Source of the DNA: an uncultured Verrucomicrobiae bacterium | Lineage (GTDB): Bacteria > Verrucomicrobiota > Verrucomicrobiia > Chthoniobacterales > JAFAMB01 | Assembly: GCA_963782115.1 (NCBI GenBank) | Contig: CAWAIK010000001.1 | Coordinates: 672,001 to 736,000 of the forward strand | Reading direction: 5' to 3' | Length of the DNA stretch: 64,000 bases | Part shown: positions 29,210 through 43,283 of the stretch, piece by piece | Numbering within the stretch: the stretch's first letter is position 1 | Layout: the number at the start of each line of letters is the position of its first letter | Position numbers and translations under genes: made by a program | The notes under the pieces: generated by a model | The model's database searches: none | Told to the model about the DNA's origin: nothing | What the model saw: the letters and a program-made list of their open reading frames with translations, nothing else

Positions 29210-30913
29210 ATGGAAATAAATGTCGAACGAATCGGCAGGTCGGAAGCGAGGAAATCAAGCAGCAGAGGGGCGGACATCCTTCTGGATGTCCTGCGCTCGG
29301 AGGGGACGCGCTACATTTTCGGCAATCCTGGAACGACTGAGTTGCCATTGATCGATGCATTGGTGACGGTACCGGACATCCGTTACGTCTGGGGACTACA
29401 GGAAGCTACCGCAGTTTCGATAGCGGACGGGTACGCACAAGCATCCGGTAACCCTGCCTTCGTCAATCTGCATACGGCCGGCGGTCTGGGTCACGGTATG
29501 GGAGCGATTATGAATGCGAAGATCGCCAGGGTCCCGATGATTGTCACTGCCGGGCAGCAGGATCTCCGTCATTTTTTAGCCGACCCATTGCTGGCCGCCG
29601 ATCTCGTGGGGATGGCCGCCCCAATTGCCAAATGGTGTTTCGAACCAAATTCGCTCGATGATTTGCCCTTGATTCTCCGCCGGGCCTTTCACAATTCGAT
29701 GTCGCCGCCGCGCGGTCCGGTTTTCCTTTCTCTTCCGATGAATATCATGGACGAATCAGGTTCTCCTCCCCTCCTTCCGGCAAGCCGCATCGAACGGGCG
29801 AGCGTCGGTTCAGGGGTTCCAGATCTGGCTGCGGAACTGTTGCAGTTCAGGCCCGGCCGGACCGTGATTGTTGCCGGAAACGATATCGCCGAGTCCGGTG
29901 TAGATGAATCTATCGCCCGAGTGGCGCGGTTGTTAGGCGCGCCTGTCTACGGGTCCTCCTGGCCGTCAGTCAACAACTTCGCTTCCGTTAATCCATTCTG
30001 GCGCGGTTCGTTGCCGATAACCGCCAAGGGAATTTCCGAGGTTCTCGGTCAATACGATTGCATGCTGGGGCTTGGTGGAAAGACGCTGCTCGCGATAGTC
30101 TACACGGCCAGGGATCCGATTCCGGAAAACATCACGTTTTATCATATCTCGGAAGATGGCAACGATCTCTGCCACAATGACGCGCCCAGGATAGGCATCG
30201 TCGGAAATGTCAAAGCGACATTGGAAGTTCTGGCGGAGGAACTTGAGCGCAAGATTCCTCCGGACACCGTCGAAAGAAACGTCAATATCGCGCGAGAAGT
30301 CAGGGAAGGTCAGCAGCGTGCGCTGAGACAACAAGCAGAGGTAGCTGCCAGAGATCCGCAAATCCGGCCGATCGTTGCGGTGCGGGAGACAATGCGATCT
30401 TTGGCGGACGGAACGTTGCTGGTCGATGAGGCGCCCTGTGCCAACGCGTTCACGCAGCCGATGCATCGATCGACAGCCGCAAAGCAATATTTTCACAATC
30501 GCGGCGGAGCTTTGGGCTGGGGAATGCCGGCGTCCGTTGGTGTTTCATTGGCTCATGACAGAGCGCCGGTCCTTAGTATCGTCGGAGATGGTTCAGCGCT
30601 CTATTCACCGCAGGCACTCTGGAGCGCAGTGCATGAGGAGACGCCGGTTGTGTTCGTCATCTTAAACAATGCCGAATACGGAATTCTGAAAGAATTCATG
30701 TTGAATCAACCGCAATATAACGCTCAAAAGTATGGCTTCTTAGCGATGGATCTTTGTGATCCGTTGGTCAATTTCCAGTTCCTCGCCAAGTCGATGGGCG
30801 TTTCTGCGCAGAAGGTGACTTCGAAAGCTGAGATCAGCGGTATGGTCGAAGCGGCCTTGGCTTCCGGGAAATCCCAATTGATCGAAATCCCTGTAACGAA
30901 TGAGCGCTCGTAA
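29210..30913 (+). CDS. Thiamine-PP-dependent decarboxylase (benzoylformate decarboxylase-like)
   Basis: FGNPGTTELP, GLQE, ADGYAQ, NLHTAGGLGHGM, GGALGWG, GDGSALY...NN. Confidence 0.9.
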   Translation: MEINVERIGRSEARKSSSRGADILLDVLRSEGTRYIFGNPGTTELPLIDALVTVPDIRYVWGLQEATAVSIADGYAQASGNPAFVNLHTAGGLGHGMGAIMNAKIARVPMIVTAGQQDLRHFLADPLLAADLVGMAAPIAKWCFEPNSLDDLPLILRRAFHNSMSPPRGPVFLSLPMNIMDESGSPPLLPASRIERASVGSGVPDLAAELLQFRPGRTVIVAGNDIAESGVDESIARVARLLGAPVYGSSWPSVNNFASVNPFWRGSLPITAKGISEVLGQYDCMLGLGGKTLLAIVYTARDPIPENITFYHISEDGNDLCHNDAPRIGIVGNVKATLEVLAEELERKIPPDTVERNVNIAREVREGQQRALRQQAEVAARDPQIRPIVAVRETMRSLADGTLLVDEAPCANAFTQPMHRSTAAKQYFHNRGGALGWGMPASVGVSLAHDRAPVLSIVGDGSALYSPQALWSAVHEETPVVFVILNNAEYGILKEFMLNQPQYNAQKYGFLAMDLCDPLVNFQFLAKSMGVSAQKVTSKAEISGMVEAALASGKSQLIEIPVTNERS

Positions 30914-31038
30914 CCAGCCTTACCTTTAAATGGCGCCAGGATCGCTAATAGTCGCGACCGGCGATCGACAATTTCTTCATGCAGCGAAGCCGCCACTGAT
31001 CCGCCTGCCAGACCCTCGTGGTGATCGCTCGATGCGAA

Positions 31039-31827
31039 TTACGATTGTTGTGCTTCTCCGGTATCCCGGTGCTTGAGAAATGCCTTGAACAATTCGATGG
31101 GCAGAGGCAAACAAATCACTGTGCTGTGCTCGGCGGAGATTTCGCGCATCGTCTGCAAGAAGCGGAGTTGCAGGGCGGTGGGTTGAGTGGAAATCATGCG
31201 AGCCGCTTGAACAAGTTTCTCGGCCGCCTGAAATTCGCCTTCGGAATCAATGATTTTAGCGCGGCGTTCCCGTTCGCTCTCGGCTTGCCCGGCCATGGCG
31301 CGTTGCATTGTGTCGGGCAACACCACATCCTTGACCTCAACGACAGTGACTTTTATCCCCCACGGTTCTGTATGACGGTCGATAATTTCCTGCAGGCGCT
31401 GATTGATTTTTTCGCGTTGCGCTAGCAATTCGTCCAGCTCCGCCTGCCCAATGACACTACGCAACGTGGTTTGAGCTATCAACGAGCTCGCTTGGAGGTA
31501 GTTTTCCACCTTGACGATGGCGGCCTCTGGGTCCGTTACCCGAAAATAGACGACAGCGTCCACTGTGACCGGGACGTTATCGCGAGTCATCATTTCTTGT
31601 TTGGGTACGGCCATGGCGATCACTCGCAGGTCCACTTTCACCATCCGGTCAACAAACGGGATCAGTGTGATCAGACCTGGTCCCTTGGCCTGGAGCAATT
31701 TACCCAGCCGGAAAATCACGCCGCGCTCATATTCGCGCAGGATCCGGATTACCTGTAGCGCTAGCAATGAAACTAGGATGACGATCGGGATCACCAATAC
31801 GCTGAATGTCTGTACTAATTCTTGCAT
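31039..31827 (-). CDS. SPFH/Band 7 (slipin) protein
   Basis: [48 protein letters not shown]. Confidence 0.93.
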   Translation of the reverse strand: MQELVQTFSVLVIPIVILVSLLALQVIRILREYERGVIFRLGKLLQAKGPGLITLIPFVDRMVKVDLRVIAMAVPKQEMMTRDNVPVTVDAVVYFRVTDPEAAIVKVENYLQASSLIAQTTLRSVIGQAELDELLAQREKINQRLQEIIDRHTEPWGIKVTVVEVKDVVLPDTMQRAMAGQAESERERRAKIIDSEGEFQAAEKLVQAARMISTQPTALQLRFLQTMREISAEHSTVICLPLPIELFKAFLKHRDTGEAQQS

Positions 31828-31861
31828 GCTTCCTCCGCGAATCGTGTTTGCATGGGAGGAT

Positions 31862-32250
31862 GATAACACGTGGCATGGTGCGGTGAAACGCCGTATCAAA
31901 GCAGGCCACCTGCGGCAGCGTCGGATGACGCTGGCGGAACGCCTCAATCAGTTCGATCTCGCGGGGCAAATGTTATGTTCTGGGTCATAGGGGCTGATCC
32001 GATATAGTTCATCCAACAATTCCTGGGTCACCAGCTCGGGCGCGCTGTGTTGCATGCCGTGGACCACCCGGTGCCCCACAGCCCGGACCGATTCGAACCG
32101 ATTCGGCTCTTCGAGCCAATCGACCAGGAAATTCGCTGCCGATTTGTGGTCGGAGGTGGCGAGGCTGCGGCTCTCCTGCTGATTCCTGGTCGGGTCATTG
32201 AACGTCAGATTTGTCCCGCTCAGGCCGATGCGGTCAATCTTTCCATAGAG
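31862..32250 (-). pseudogene. ackA: Acetate kinase internal fragment
   Basis: GKIDRIG...AVGHRVVHG...(frameshift) LPREIELIE...[16 protein letters not shown]; both ends missing. Confidence 0.85.
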
Positions 32251-33250
32251 CCCACAGGATTTGCGCGGCTTCGAGAGGAACTGCCACGCCTTCGCGGTGC
32301 GGTATCATTCGCGCCGTATAGTCCGCTTCTGGGCGGCCCGCAGACACAGCCGCGCTGTAAACGTAGCCGCTTGACGCACTGCCGAGTTGACGAACGCGCT
32401 TCATCTCCTGCCACACGGGAGCACTGCCCATGACGCCGTCGGCGTAAAGCTCTACCCGCACTGCCTCCGGGTGAAAGTCATTGAGATAGACCTGAACCTC
32501 GAACAGGTGTTGCTCGCCTCGGGTCTCAACCTTCACTTCGCCAAAGTGTAGCGTGGCCCATTTCTGTTCCAGACTGTGCTGCCAATCGGCCATTTGCCTG
32601 CCGATCGCGCCTTGATTGGCAATTCGCAACTGGTAGGCCGTGGCAGCTGGGAGATAGTGTCCCTCGGTGTATTCGCGGACCGTGCGGCCGGCGGAGAAGC
32701 GCGGTGTCAACCGGGACATGCTTTCCCGCATCCTTTTGATCCAGGCGGTCGGGATGCCGTTCTCGTCTCGGCTATAAAACTCCGGGATCACCTCGCGCTC
32801 GAGCAGGCCATAAGGGGCGTTGGCTTCGACAGCGTCCCAAGCGGGATCGTCGCCATGCTCCCGTCCGTCCCCCAGTGCCCACCCCACGTCAGGCGTATAA
32901 GCTTCCGCCCACCAGCCGTCCAATTCCGAGAGATTGATGCCTCCGTTGACGAGCACCTTCATGCCGCTTGTGCCGCTGGCCTCCCAAGGCCGCCGTGGGG
33001 TGTTGAGCCAGACATCAACGCCTTGCACCAAGTGCCCAGTCAAATGCATATCATAGTCACTGAGGAAGATCACATGAGGGCGGGCCTCGGGCCGCCGGAT
33101 GAAATGCGTCCATTCCTGAATCAAAGCTTGCCCCGCCTGGTCTGCCGGATGGGCCTTCCCAGCAAGGATGAGTTGCACCGGTCGTTGCGAATTGCTGAAC
33201 AGAGAAAGCAGTCGCTCTGGGTCGCGCAGCAGCAGATTCGGTCTCTTCGA
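32251..33250 (-). pseudogene. glgP: Alpha-glucan phosphorylase C-terminal fragment
   Basis: KRPNLL, AGKAHPAD, GVDVWLNTPRRPWEASGTSGMK, LSELDGWW; N-terminal half missing. Confidence 0.88.
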
Positions 33251-33339
33251 ATTGTTCCCGATGCTTCCAGGTATGGCAGAAGCTGGGTTGAGACGGGTTG
33301 AAACCCTGGCTTCTAAATCCTGTAGCCCCTTCGATGCCG

Positions 33340-33580
33340 TTCGGACAGGCAGCTTTCAGACGTTGAGCCACTCCGGCTGGCGATGGTCGACGCAAGAATC
33401 GAAGCCGAGTTCGCCCTGAACGAAGCGGCATTTCTGTTCGCCTCCGGCAATGCCGACGACCCGGCAGCCTTTGATCCTGGCAATCTGGCCGACCACCGAA
33501 CCGACCGCGCCCGAGGCCGCAGCGACGACGACGGTCTCTCCGGGTTGCGGTTTTCCGATATTCAACAGCCGGTAACACGA
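33340..33580 (-). pseudogene. NADP-dependent MDR oxidoreductase fragment
   Basis: PGETVVVAAASGAVGSVVGQIARIKGCRVVGIAGG. Confidence 0.85.
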
Positions 33581-33734
33581 TTTCTTCGGCCAGCACGCCG
33601 GGAGTTCCCGCACCGAGATCTTTTTTTGGCGGGTTTGTTCACTGCCAGGATAGATAGCCAAGTGTTGCAGCATATCCCGGCGGCAGACGGCGGCCGCGCC
33701 GGCCGCGAGGCCCGCGCTGGCCACGGCGGTCATT

Positions 33735-33990
33735 CGCGGCTGCTACCGTTTGCATTTGGCTAGAGGAGGGGCCGATCGCGGTTGCTTCAAGGCACCGCCC
33801 GTAAGAGTTGACGGTTCCGTAACCGCTAGCCGCCAGTGGACTTCCCACTCTAAAGAGGTTTGGAAAATGCATGCCAACCGGCGGTGGAACATGCGCAATC
33901 GTCCCATTATCCAAGACGGCTCCATCAATCTCGCCTCCTGGTGCATGGGTTAGCACTTTGATTGTACCGCCAAGAATCACTCCTTCCAGA
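33735..33990 (-). pseudogene. Fragment of a hypothetical protein
   Basis: GEIDGAVLDNGTIAHVPP...LAASGYG within ORF 33639..34025. Confidence 0.45.
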
Positions 33991-34051
33991 ACCGGAAGGT
34001 GACGCGCGCGCTGTTCGGTGATCATGCAAAGGACAGTGGTCGAGCGAGGAC

Positions 34052-34730
34052 TTATTTCATGAAGGACTTGTAGTTCTCCTTGGTGATTTTCTGGTAGGGA
34101 ATCCAGACGTTACCGTCCAGCATTTTGGGATTGGGTTCTTTCTTGACCAGCAGATAGGCGGCATTGGCGGCCTCCTCGCCTTGCGCAACGGGATCCTGGA
34201 AGACGGTGTTGTTCAGTTCACCTTTGTCCATTGACTCCAAAGCGTCATGGGTGCCATCGGTGCCGCCCACGGGGATCTTGCCAATCTTCCTGGCGGCCTT
34301 AATGGCCTGCAAGGCCCCCAACGCCATCTCGTCATTGTTTGCAGCCACGCCGTCGATCTGCTGGCCGGAAGCCAGCCAGTCTTCCATGATCGTCTTGCCC
34401 GGCTCACGCTTCCAGTGGCCGGTCTGTTCGCGAGTGACCTTGATGTTGGGGAACTGTTCCTTGACGACTTGCTTAATCCCATCGGTACGGCCGTGGGCGG
34501 GTTCATCGCTCAGCTCACCGATCAGGATGGCCAGGTTGCCCTTGCCGCCCATGGCTTTACCCAGTTTCTCCATGTTCATGACCCCGGCGTCAATGGACTT
34601 GGACCCCACGTACACGACGCCCTTCGGCAGGTTCTCGGGCTTGCGGTTGACATACACCAGGGGTTTGCCGGTTTTGACGATGCCCTTGGTCATCGGTCCG
34701 GTTGCAGTGGTATCCACGGGAAGAATGACC
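34052..34730 (-). pseudogene. Sugar ABC transporter substrate-binding protein, 5'-truncated
   Basis: PLVYVNR, YVGS, AANNDEMALGA, GTDGT, TVFQDP; no signal peptide; abuts the transposase-like remnant. Confidence 0.85.
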
Positions 34731-34734
34731 ACGC

Positions 34735-36175
34735 AGCAAGCCATCCCGCTGTTTCACTTTGAGCGTAAGGAATCGAAAGACCTGCGCGCCCATCAAATGC
34801 GCCGCGAGCGACCAGTGCGCGATGCGGTGGTCTTCATTGGGATCGCTCAGGAAAAAGCCCACGCCTTCAGCGCTCATCGTCTACCCGGTAAACGGGCGGT
34901 CTTTGAAATTTGCGCGCAACAAATCGGTCTTGCCCAACTACTACTATTTCTATTTGGATGACGCGGATTGGGGCGAGTGCTTCATCAAAATCTGTAGTTA
35001 TGCCCCTTGGGGCCTGAAACTTTATCTCAACGGCCATGAGTGGCTCAAACGGCAATTGAGCAAAGAAGGCATTGATTTCGAAAGTTTGGACAATGGTTTT
35101 TTAGTTGCCAGAATCCGCAGCGACTGCAAACCCTGGCCAATGCAATGGGGCCGGCGCAGATCGAGGCCTTCCGCAAAAAATGGCTGAACCGATTGCCGAT
35201 GCCGCTCTCAGCCCAAGACCGCACGGCTGGCTACGACTATCGGCTCTCCATCTGGCAAATGGAATTCAGTCTCACTCAGATCGTCGATCGTCCGATGGCC
35301 GGTCGTCAGTTCTTCGAGGAAGTCATTCGCGACAACCTGGACTTGGGTCGGCCCGATCGAATTCAACTGATTTTCCCACGCAAGATCATCCGCACCACAC
35401 CGGGGAGTTTCCGCACACGGGTGTTGCGTGAGGGCGTCCATCCGAGTCTGCACATCAGCTACAAACGTTTTGATCTCAAACAATACTTTAAGGAAGGTCG
35501 CGGACTGCGGACCGAAGGCACCTTCCACGATCCGAGCGATTTCGGGGTCAACAAGGGAATCGAAAATATGCCCTACCTCAAAGATCTGGGCCGCGAGATC
35601 AACCGACGCCTGCTGGAATCGAGCGTGTCAGCCAGAACTGTGGTTTGAGCGCCGAGAGCATCCAAAGGGTGGTGCAACCGACCGTGACACAGGACGGTCA
35701 ACGAGCGCCGGGTTTGAAGTTTGGCGATCCGCGGGTGATGGCATTGATGCTCTCCCTGTCGGCCTTCGGCTGCCTAATCGACGGATTTCGCAGCCGGGAC
35801 TTGCGACACCGAGTGATGTGACAGCACTCATGGGTGTTGGGCTGGAGCAATATAGCGTCGGCCAGATGAGTTATGATCTTCGACGCCTGATCCGCAAGGG
35901 GATCATCTGTCGGGTCTGCGGGAGCCAGCGCTGTTATCTGAGTCCCTACGGCTGGAAGCTGGCACGATTGTACGCACGCTTGGAGGCCAGAGTATTTCGC
36001 CCGGCGCTGACCGTCATGAACGCACCGCCGGTTGGAGAACCCGGTCCATTGAACAAGGCAGTGCAAATCATCGATACCGAAATAGACCGATTGTTAGCTC
36101 AGGTGTTTCCCATGCGCAAAGCTGCCTGAAAAACCCGGCTCATTTGGGCCAACTTTTTGACATAACGAACGGTTA
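34735..36175 (+). mobile_element. Remnant of an unclassified IS-like element (multi-frameshifted transposase/Rep-like gene, stop at 36129)
   Basis: YYFYLDDADWGECFIKICSYAPW..NGHEWLKRQ..LDNGF; DNLDLGRPD; KQYFKEGRGLRTE; C-terminal wHTH-like MSYDLRRLIRKG. Confidence 0.65.
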
Positions 36176-36297
36176 GCGCGATGTATCCGGAAGGACCGGG
36201 ACGAGGACGAGAGAACTTGGAACTCGAACTCCGGTTCGCTGCGCTGATCTATCTAGATGTGGCTCTAGGCGTAGGCCGTTTCTATCGAAAGGACTGT

Positions 36298-36409
36298 CTT
36301 TGTGACCTTTGTGATCTTCTGTGCAAATGATTTTCTTCGTTCCCCCGGCACTAAGACAGGAAAAAAAGCAAAAGTCATTTTTGAACAGAAGATCGCAAAG
36401 ATCACAAAG
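36298..36409. repeat. REP-like inverted repeat pair built from 9-mers
   Basis: CTTTGTGACCTTTGTGATCTTCTGTGCAAA (36298-36327) vs its reverse complement at 36380-36409, 3 mismatches in 30. Confidence 0.75.
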
Positions 36410-36519
36410 CGTCACTGTCTTTAAGGCCATCGGAGGCACGTGGGCCTGCGTTGTCTAAATCGCGATCAGCAACGAACGAAACGCTCGTTAATCCCCACTC
36501 GTCCTCTTGTTCTGAAATC

Positions 36520-36830
36520 GTAATCGTCCTTATAGTCGTCGTTCTCGACTTCAATGGAAGGGGGAAACCCGCCGATTGCCGACAACGTTCAAAGATCGAG
36601 GACGAAGGACGACCACGACGACGATTAGGAAGCAAGCTTCGATACATAGTCCCCCATCTCGATTCCCTGCCCTCTCTCCCGATCGTTCTCGTCCTTCGTC
36701 GTCGTTCTTCGTCCTCGATTTCTTCGGCACGAGCGAGGCTCGGGTTTGCTTCCTCCGTCCGGTGTCTTTTCTCCGCGGGAACGCTTTTAGCCAGCAACAT
36801 CCATGATCGAGGACGAGACGATTGGGAGAG
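36520..36830. repeat. Low-complexity CGT/ACG-rich inverted repeats
   Basis: Repeated TCGTCCTC/TCGTTCTC and GAGGACGA/GACGACGA tracts in alternating orientation. Confidence 0.55.
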
Positions 36831-36921
36831 GTCCTACACCGGGCTAAACAGATACGAGAATGGAACTATACAATTCGTCCAAATACATTAGATATTTGAT
36901 ACACTTATTTCATCACGCGCC

Positions 36922-36960
36922 CTTAAAGGATATTTTTACATCAATCTGGGCGGGAGCCCT
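36922..36960. repeat. Orphan Tn3-like terminal repeat
   Basis: CTTAAAGGATATTTTTACATCAATCTGGGCGGGAGCCCT, near-identical to 50393-50430. Confidence 0.6.
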
Positions 36961-37305
36961 GATCGGCAGATCTTTAGCTCGCGGGGGGATCGGGATGTTG
37001 TACACCCTCGCCAGTTCTTCTTCGTTGGTCGTTCGGCGGTAGCGGCTGAGAAAATCAGGTGGTAGATCACCACGCCGGTTGCGTCCTCCGGGGAAACGGA
37101 AATGCGGTGACCATGAATCCTGCAAGGCTCCGCGCTTGGGAGGAACTTGGCGCGGTTCTGGTGCAAATCCTTGAAAAGGCCGCTGTCGGCCCCCGGAGGC
37201 TCAATCGAGCTCGGCGCAGGATCTATTCAAGGGGCGGCATTTTGACAAGGTATTTGGTTTCGAAATTTTCTTTAAGCGTGATATCCTCACCTTATTCCAA
37301 CCAGT

Positions 37306-38520
37306 ATGTGTTGTCGTTTTCTCGCGTTGGTAGTGTTCTTACCTCTGCTGATAGCAGGATGCAACAAGCCACAAAAACAGGCAGAGATTAACTCGACCCC
37401 GACTCGGGCCACAGACGACGGTTCGCCAGTGCCGGCTACTCCAACACCTGTGGCGTTGACAACACCCACGCCGGCTCCGGCTATCGACCGAAACGCTCGA
37501 GTCATGATACTTTGCTATCACCGTTTCGAGGATAGGCCGCACGACAGCCTCGCGATCTCGCCTGCGGAGTTTAGGGCGCAAATGCAGGCGCTAAAAGAGA
37601 ACGGGATCGCGGTCATACCGATGAAAGATTTTTTGGCGTGGCGGCAGGGGGAAAAGAATATTCCGCTTCGGAGCTGCATCATCACTATCGATGACGGTTA
37701 CGTCTCCGGTTACAGCGTTGCCTGGCCGATCTTGAAGCAGTACGGTTACCCGTGCACCATGTTCATTTACACGAATTACGTGAACGTAGGCGGTAAGTCG
37801 ATCCCCTGGGCCCAGCTGGAGGAGATGCGCGATGCTGGTGTCGATATCGAAAGTCTTACTGTGTCTCACCACGATCTTCGACACGCCCCGAAGGGACAGG
37901 ATTACAACACCTGGCTGCACAATGAGATCTACACCTCCAAGCGGATTTTGGAAGACAAATTAGGAATTAATGTTACGGGGTTAGCCCTTCCGTATGGAAC
38001 TTACAACGAGACCGTTCGAAAGGTTGCCTTGGAGGCAGGCTACCAAGCTCTCTTCACTCTGGACGGTCGGCATATGGGCATCGATGCGCCTGCAGATAAT
38101 CTTGGTTGCTATGCGATTGAGTCAAACAAGTCGGAAATTTTCAAGGCGGCCATGGACTTTAGGCTCGGCCGCGATAACCCTGCAGCAGAATCGATCCAGC
38201 TTGCCGCCGCTCCGATGGTGACGCAGCCGATGAACGGTCAGCACATCAATGATTCGACCCCAACAATAAAAGCGAACCTGGCGACTATGGGTGAAGTCGA
38301 CGCCAATTCTGTGCAAATACGTGTGAGCGGAGTCGGGCTTGTTCCAGCAAATTACAAACCGAAGAGCAAAGTTGTGACCTATGCTTGCACTGAAAAACTT
38401 TTACCAAAAACTTACACAGTCGTTCTCTCGGCCAGAGTGAAGGGGCGGAAACTTGAAACCCGCTGGAGCTTCACAGTTGATCGGGAATATGAAACCCAAA
38501 CGAAATCGTCTCAACGCTAG
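37306..38520 (+). CDS. Polysaccharide deacetylase (CE4), probable lipoprotein
   Basis: LIAGC lipobox-like, ILCYHRF, ITIDDGY, LPYG; C-terminal Ig-like region. Confidence 0.88.
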   Translation: MCCRFLALVVFLPLLIAGCNKPQKQAEINSTPTRATDDGSPVPATPTPVALTTPTPAPAIDRNARVMILCYHRFEDRPHDSLAISPAEFRAQMQALKENGIAVIPMKDFLAWRQGEKNIPLRSCIITIDDGYVSGYSVAWPILKQYGYPCTMFIYTNYVNVGGKSIPWAQLEEMRDAGVDIESLTVSHHDLRHAPKGQDYNTWLHNEIYTSKRILEDKLGINVTGLALPYGTYNETVRKVALEAGYQALFTLDGRHMGIDAPADNLGCYAIESNKSEIFKAAMDFRLGRDNPAAESIQLAAAPMVTQPMNGQHINDSTPTIKANLATMGEVDANSVQIRVSGVGLVPANYKPKSKVVTYACTEKLLPKTYTVVLSARVKGRKLETRWSFTVDREYETQTKSSQR

Positions 38521-39342
38521 GGATCTGTTGCAGATAGGTGCAAGTACCTGCTCGCATACACTTAATATTAAACGTGCGCGATCATTGGAATGGATTCGCC
38601 GTTGCCCTTTATACCTTGTGGCGCCAAGGCTTGGGGCATGGCTCCCAATCGATCACCCCATTACCCGCTTTTTTGCCGCCGCTGGTTTGCCGACAAACGT
38701 GATCATTACCCGCGTGCTGTGGTATTTGGGCTCTCGGGAGTTTCGCTCTGCGCCAGACAATCCAGTCTAAGAGAAGATTGCAGCCAAAAGACCATTACAA
38801 GATCTCTGCAGGAGTACTCTACAGAGAATAGATCAAGTTAAGCCATGAGACCGATCGGGGCGCGGTTGCGCAATCCGATGAGGTCGGGGCGGTTCGCCGC
38901 GCGGTGCCGTCTTCGGCGGCCGCTTTGATGATCGGAATGCTGTCGAGTAGCGTGCGGGCCTTGTCGGCCGTGAGGACCGGTGTCTGAGGAGAGAGGAAAG
39001 GGACAGAGGAAGATCACATTTTTTTGCTTGGACACTTCTCAGACCGTTTTTGAGCACTAATCTACGGAGGTGTGATCAGCCATTCGCGAAATGTCGTGCC
39101 TTCCGAAACCTAAGACCGTAGCTTTTTTGAAAACATGCCTCCGACGATTCCGGCGATGGTGAACCCAGTCAGAGTTGCCTCGACCTTTTCGCCCCACTGA
39201 CCAATAGACCGAAGTGCCTAACGCTTTAAAAATGCAGGTTCTGTACCTTCCGGAAACGGGGGGGAGGATGTCTCTTCGCCCCCAAGCTTCAAGTAAATCG
39301 AGCAGCAGATTCGGAAGAAGCATCGGAAGTGATGAAACATCC

Positions 39343-40252
39343 TTAAGTCAATCCGTGATTAGCAGCGAGAACTAAGAGCGATGTGGAAAGCGGTTCAAGC
39401 TGTCCATCGATCCGATCCCGTTGTTTGATGAGCGCATTGGACTCGAGCAAAACTTGAGCGTCGGCTGCGAGCGTATCGTTCCTCCCCATGCGCGGCTCCA
39501 CTCGCCTTCGCTCCACTGATCCAAGTCAATTTCATGCGGGGAACCGGGAGCAAGCGGCCGTATGGCCCGCCCGGGCGCAAGCCTGTGGAGCAGCATATTT
39601 CTCATGGCCTTGAGCACGGTCATTTCCGACGAACCCAGGCAAGCCCTATAGCGTAACGGTAAACCCTTCGGTTGGCTCAAAGATCTGAAAACGACGCAGA
39701 ACCTCCGCGGGGTCTATGGGCTTTTTGTTGATGTCGAACTTTGTGCCGTCTATTCCGACACCCACGTAGTAACTCGAAAAACAGAAGCTCTCCAATGCTG
39801 ACAGTGCGTTCTCGAAGAAATCGAACAGAACTTGATTCTCGATCGGCAGGCGAGTCACGAGTTCTGCTCCGCGATTCGGGTAATTGACGAGTTCCTTTGA
39901 CGTGCTGCTGCTCTGCGACGGCCAGCCCGTGCTGAGCGGCGGCAAACTCAAAGCCGCCGAGTTTTTGAACACGTTAGGCAATTCCGCGTTGCACTGGGTC
40001 TTTAGGGAGATAATCCGCCAATTCAGGATATTTCTCGCCATAGGATTGAACCAGCGCCCTTGCTTCCGCCAGCGTTTTCTCTGCATTTCGGAAACTGGCA
40101 AGATGCTTGTTAACGAGGGCGTCTATGGTGCCGAGCGTCGATCCTCGCGCGCCGACTGCTTTATCGAGCTTTTTGACGGTATCTTTCGCAGCCGGTTTTT
40201 TGGCGCGTTCTACTGTTTTGCGAGACTGGGGGATGACTGGTTTTTGGGCCAT
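39343..40252 (-). pseudogene. Disrupted hypothetical gene with a HEPN-like RxxxxH motif
   Basis: Consecutive frames: MAQKPVIP... / ...FDFFENALSALESFCF... / ...KAMRNMLLHR... / ...RDRIDGQLEPL...NHGLT*. Confidence 0.5.
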
Positions 40253-40381
40253 GAGTTTCTAAGACTCTTTTACGGACAGCGACGTCGATTTCCAGCCAAA
40301 ATGGACTGGTGGTGGAGGCGGTAATGCTCCACCCCTCGTTCCGGCGTGCTGCTGCATCAGCCCCGACTCCCGTTTGCCGTT

Positions 40382-42838
<2,457 letters not shown>

Positions 42839-43248
42839 AGCGCTTCCGATGCTGAGCCCGCCGCCTGACCTGGTTGAAAGTTGATACGACGCCGACACTT
42901 CAACATTTACCATCAAAGGTAAAAACAATCGAACATTACGATGAATAATAATCGCGATCTTTTCACGGGACATCTCACCGCAGAGCTCGAACTTAACTGA
43001 CCACCGAAATGCACCGCAATGGTTAATGCGTCATCGCGCAGCTAAACAAGATTCTAGACTTCCGAAGTAGACGCTAAGATCTGCGAAAACTGTGGCGAGA
43101 ATGAGGCCGTTCGATGAGTGGCAGTGTTTTAGAGTACTCCAACTATTATAACAACTATAGCGGGTTCGGGCTGTACCTCTAGAATAATTTAGAGTATTGA
43201 AGAGCAGAGGGGTCCGCTCATTGGGCGCGGTTAGAGAAAAGGCGGAGA

Positions 43249-43277
43249 TTGACAAAGAGCAAATGTGGTCTTACACT
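43249..43277 (+). promoter_or_regulatory. Sigma70-type promoter
   Basis: TTGACA-N17-TACACT. Confidence 0.7.
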
Positions 43278-43283
43278 CAAGGA

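Noticed and set aside
40310..40321. CCGCCTCCACCA on the minus strand, like a tmRNA/tRNA 3' end
   Set aside because: No T-arm (GGTTCGA) upstream, no 5' half, and no second copy to act as an att site.
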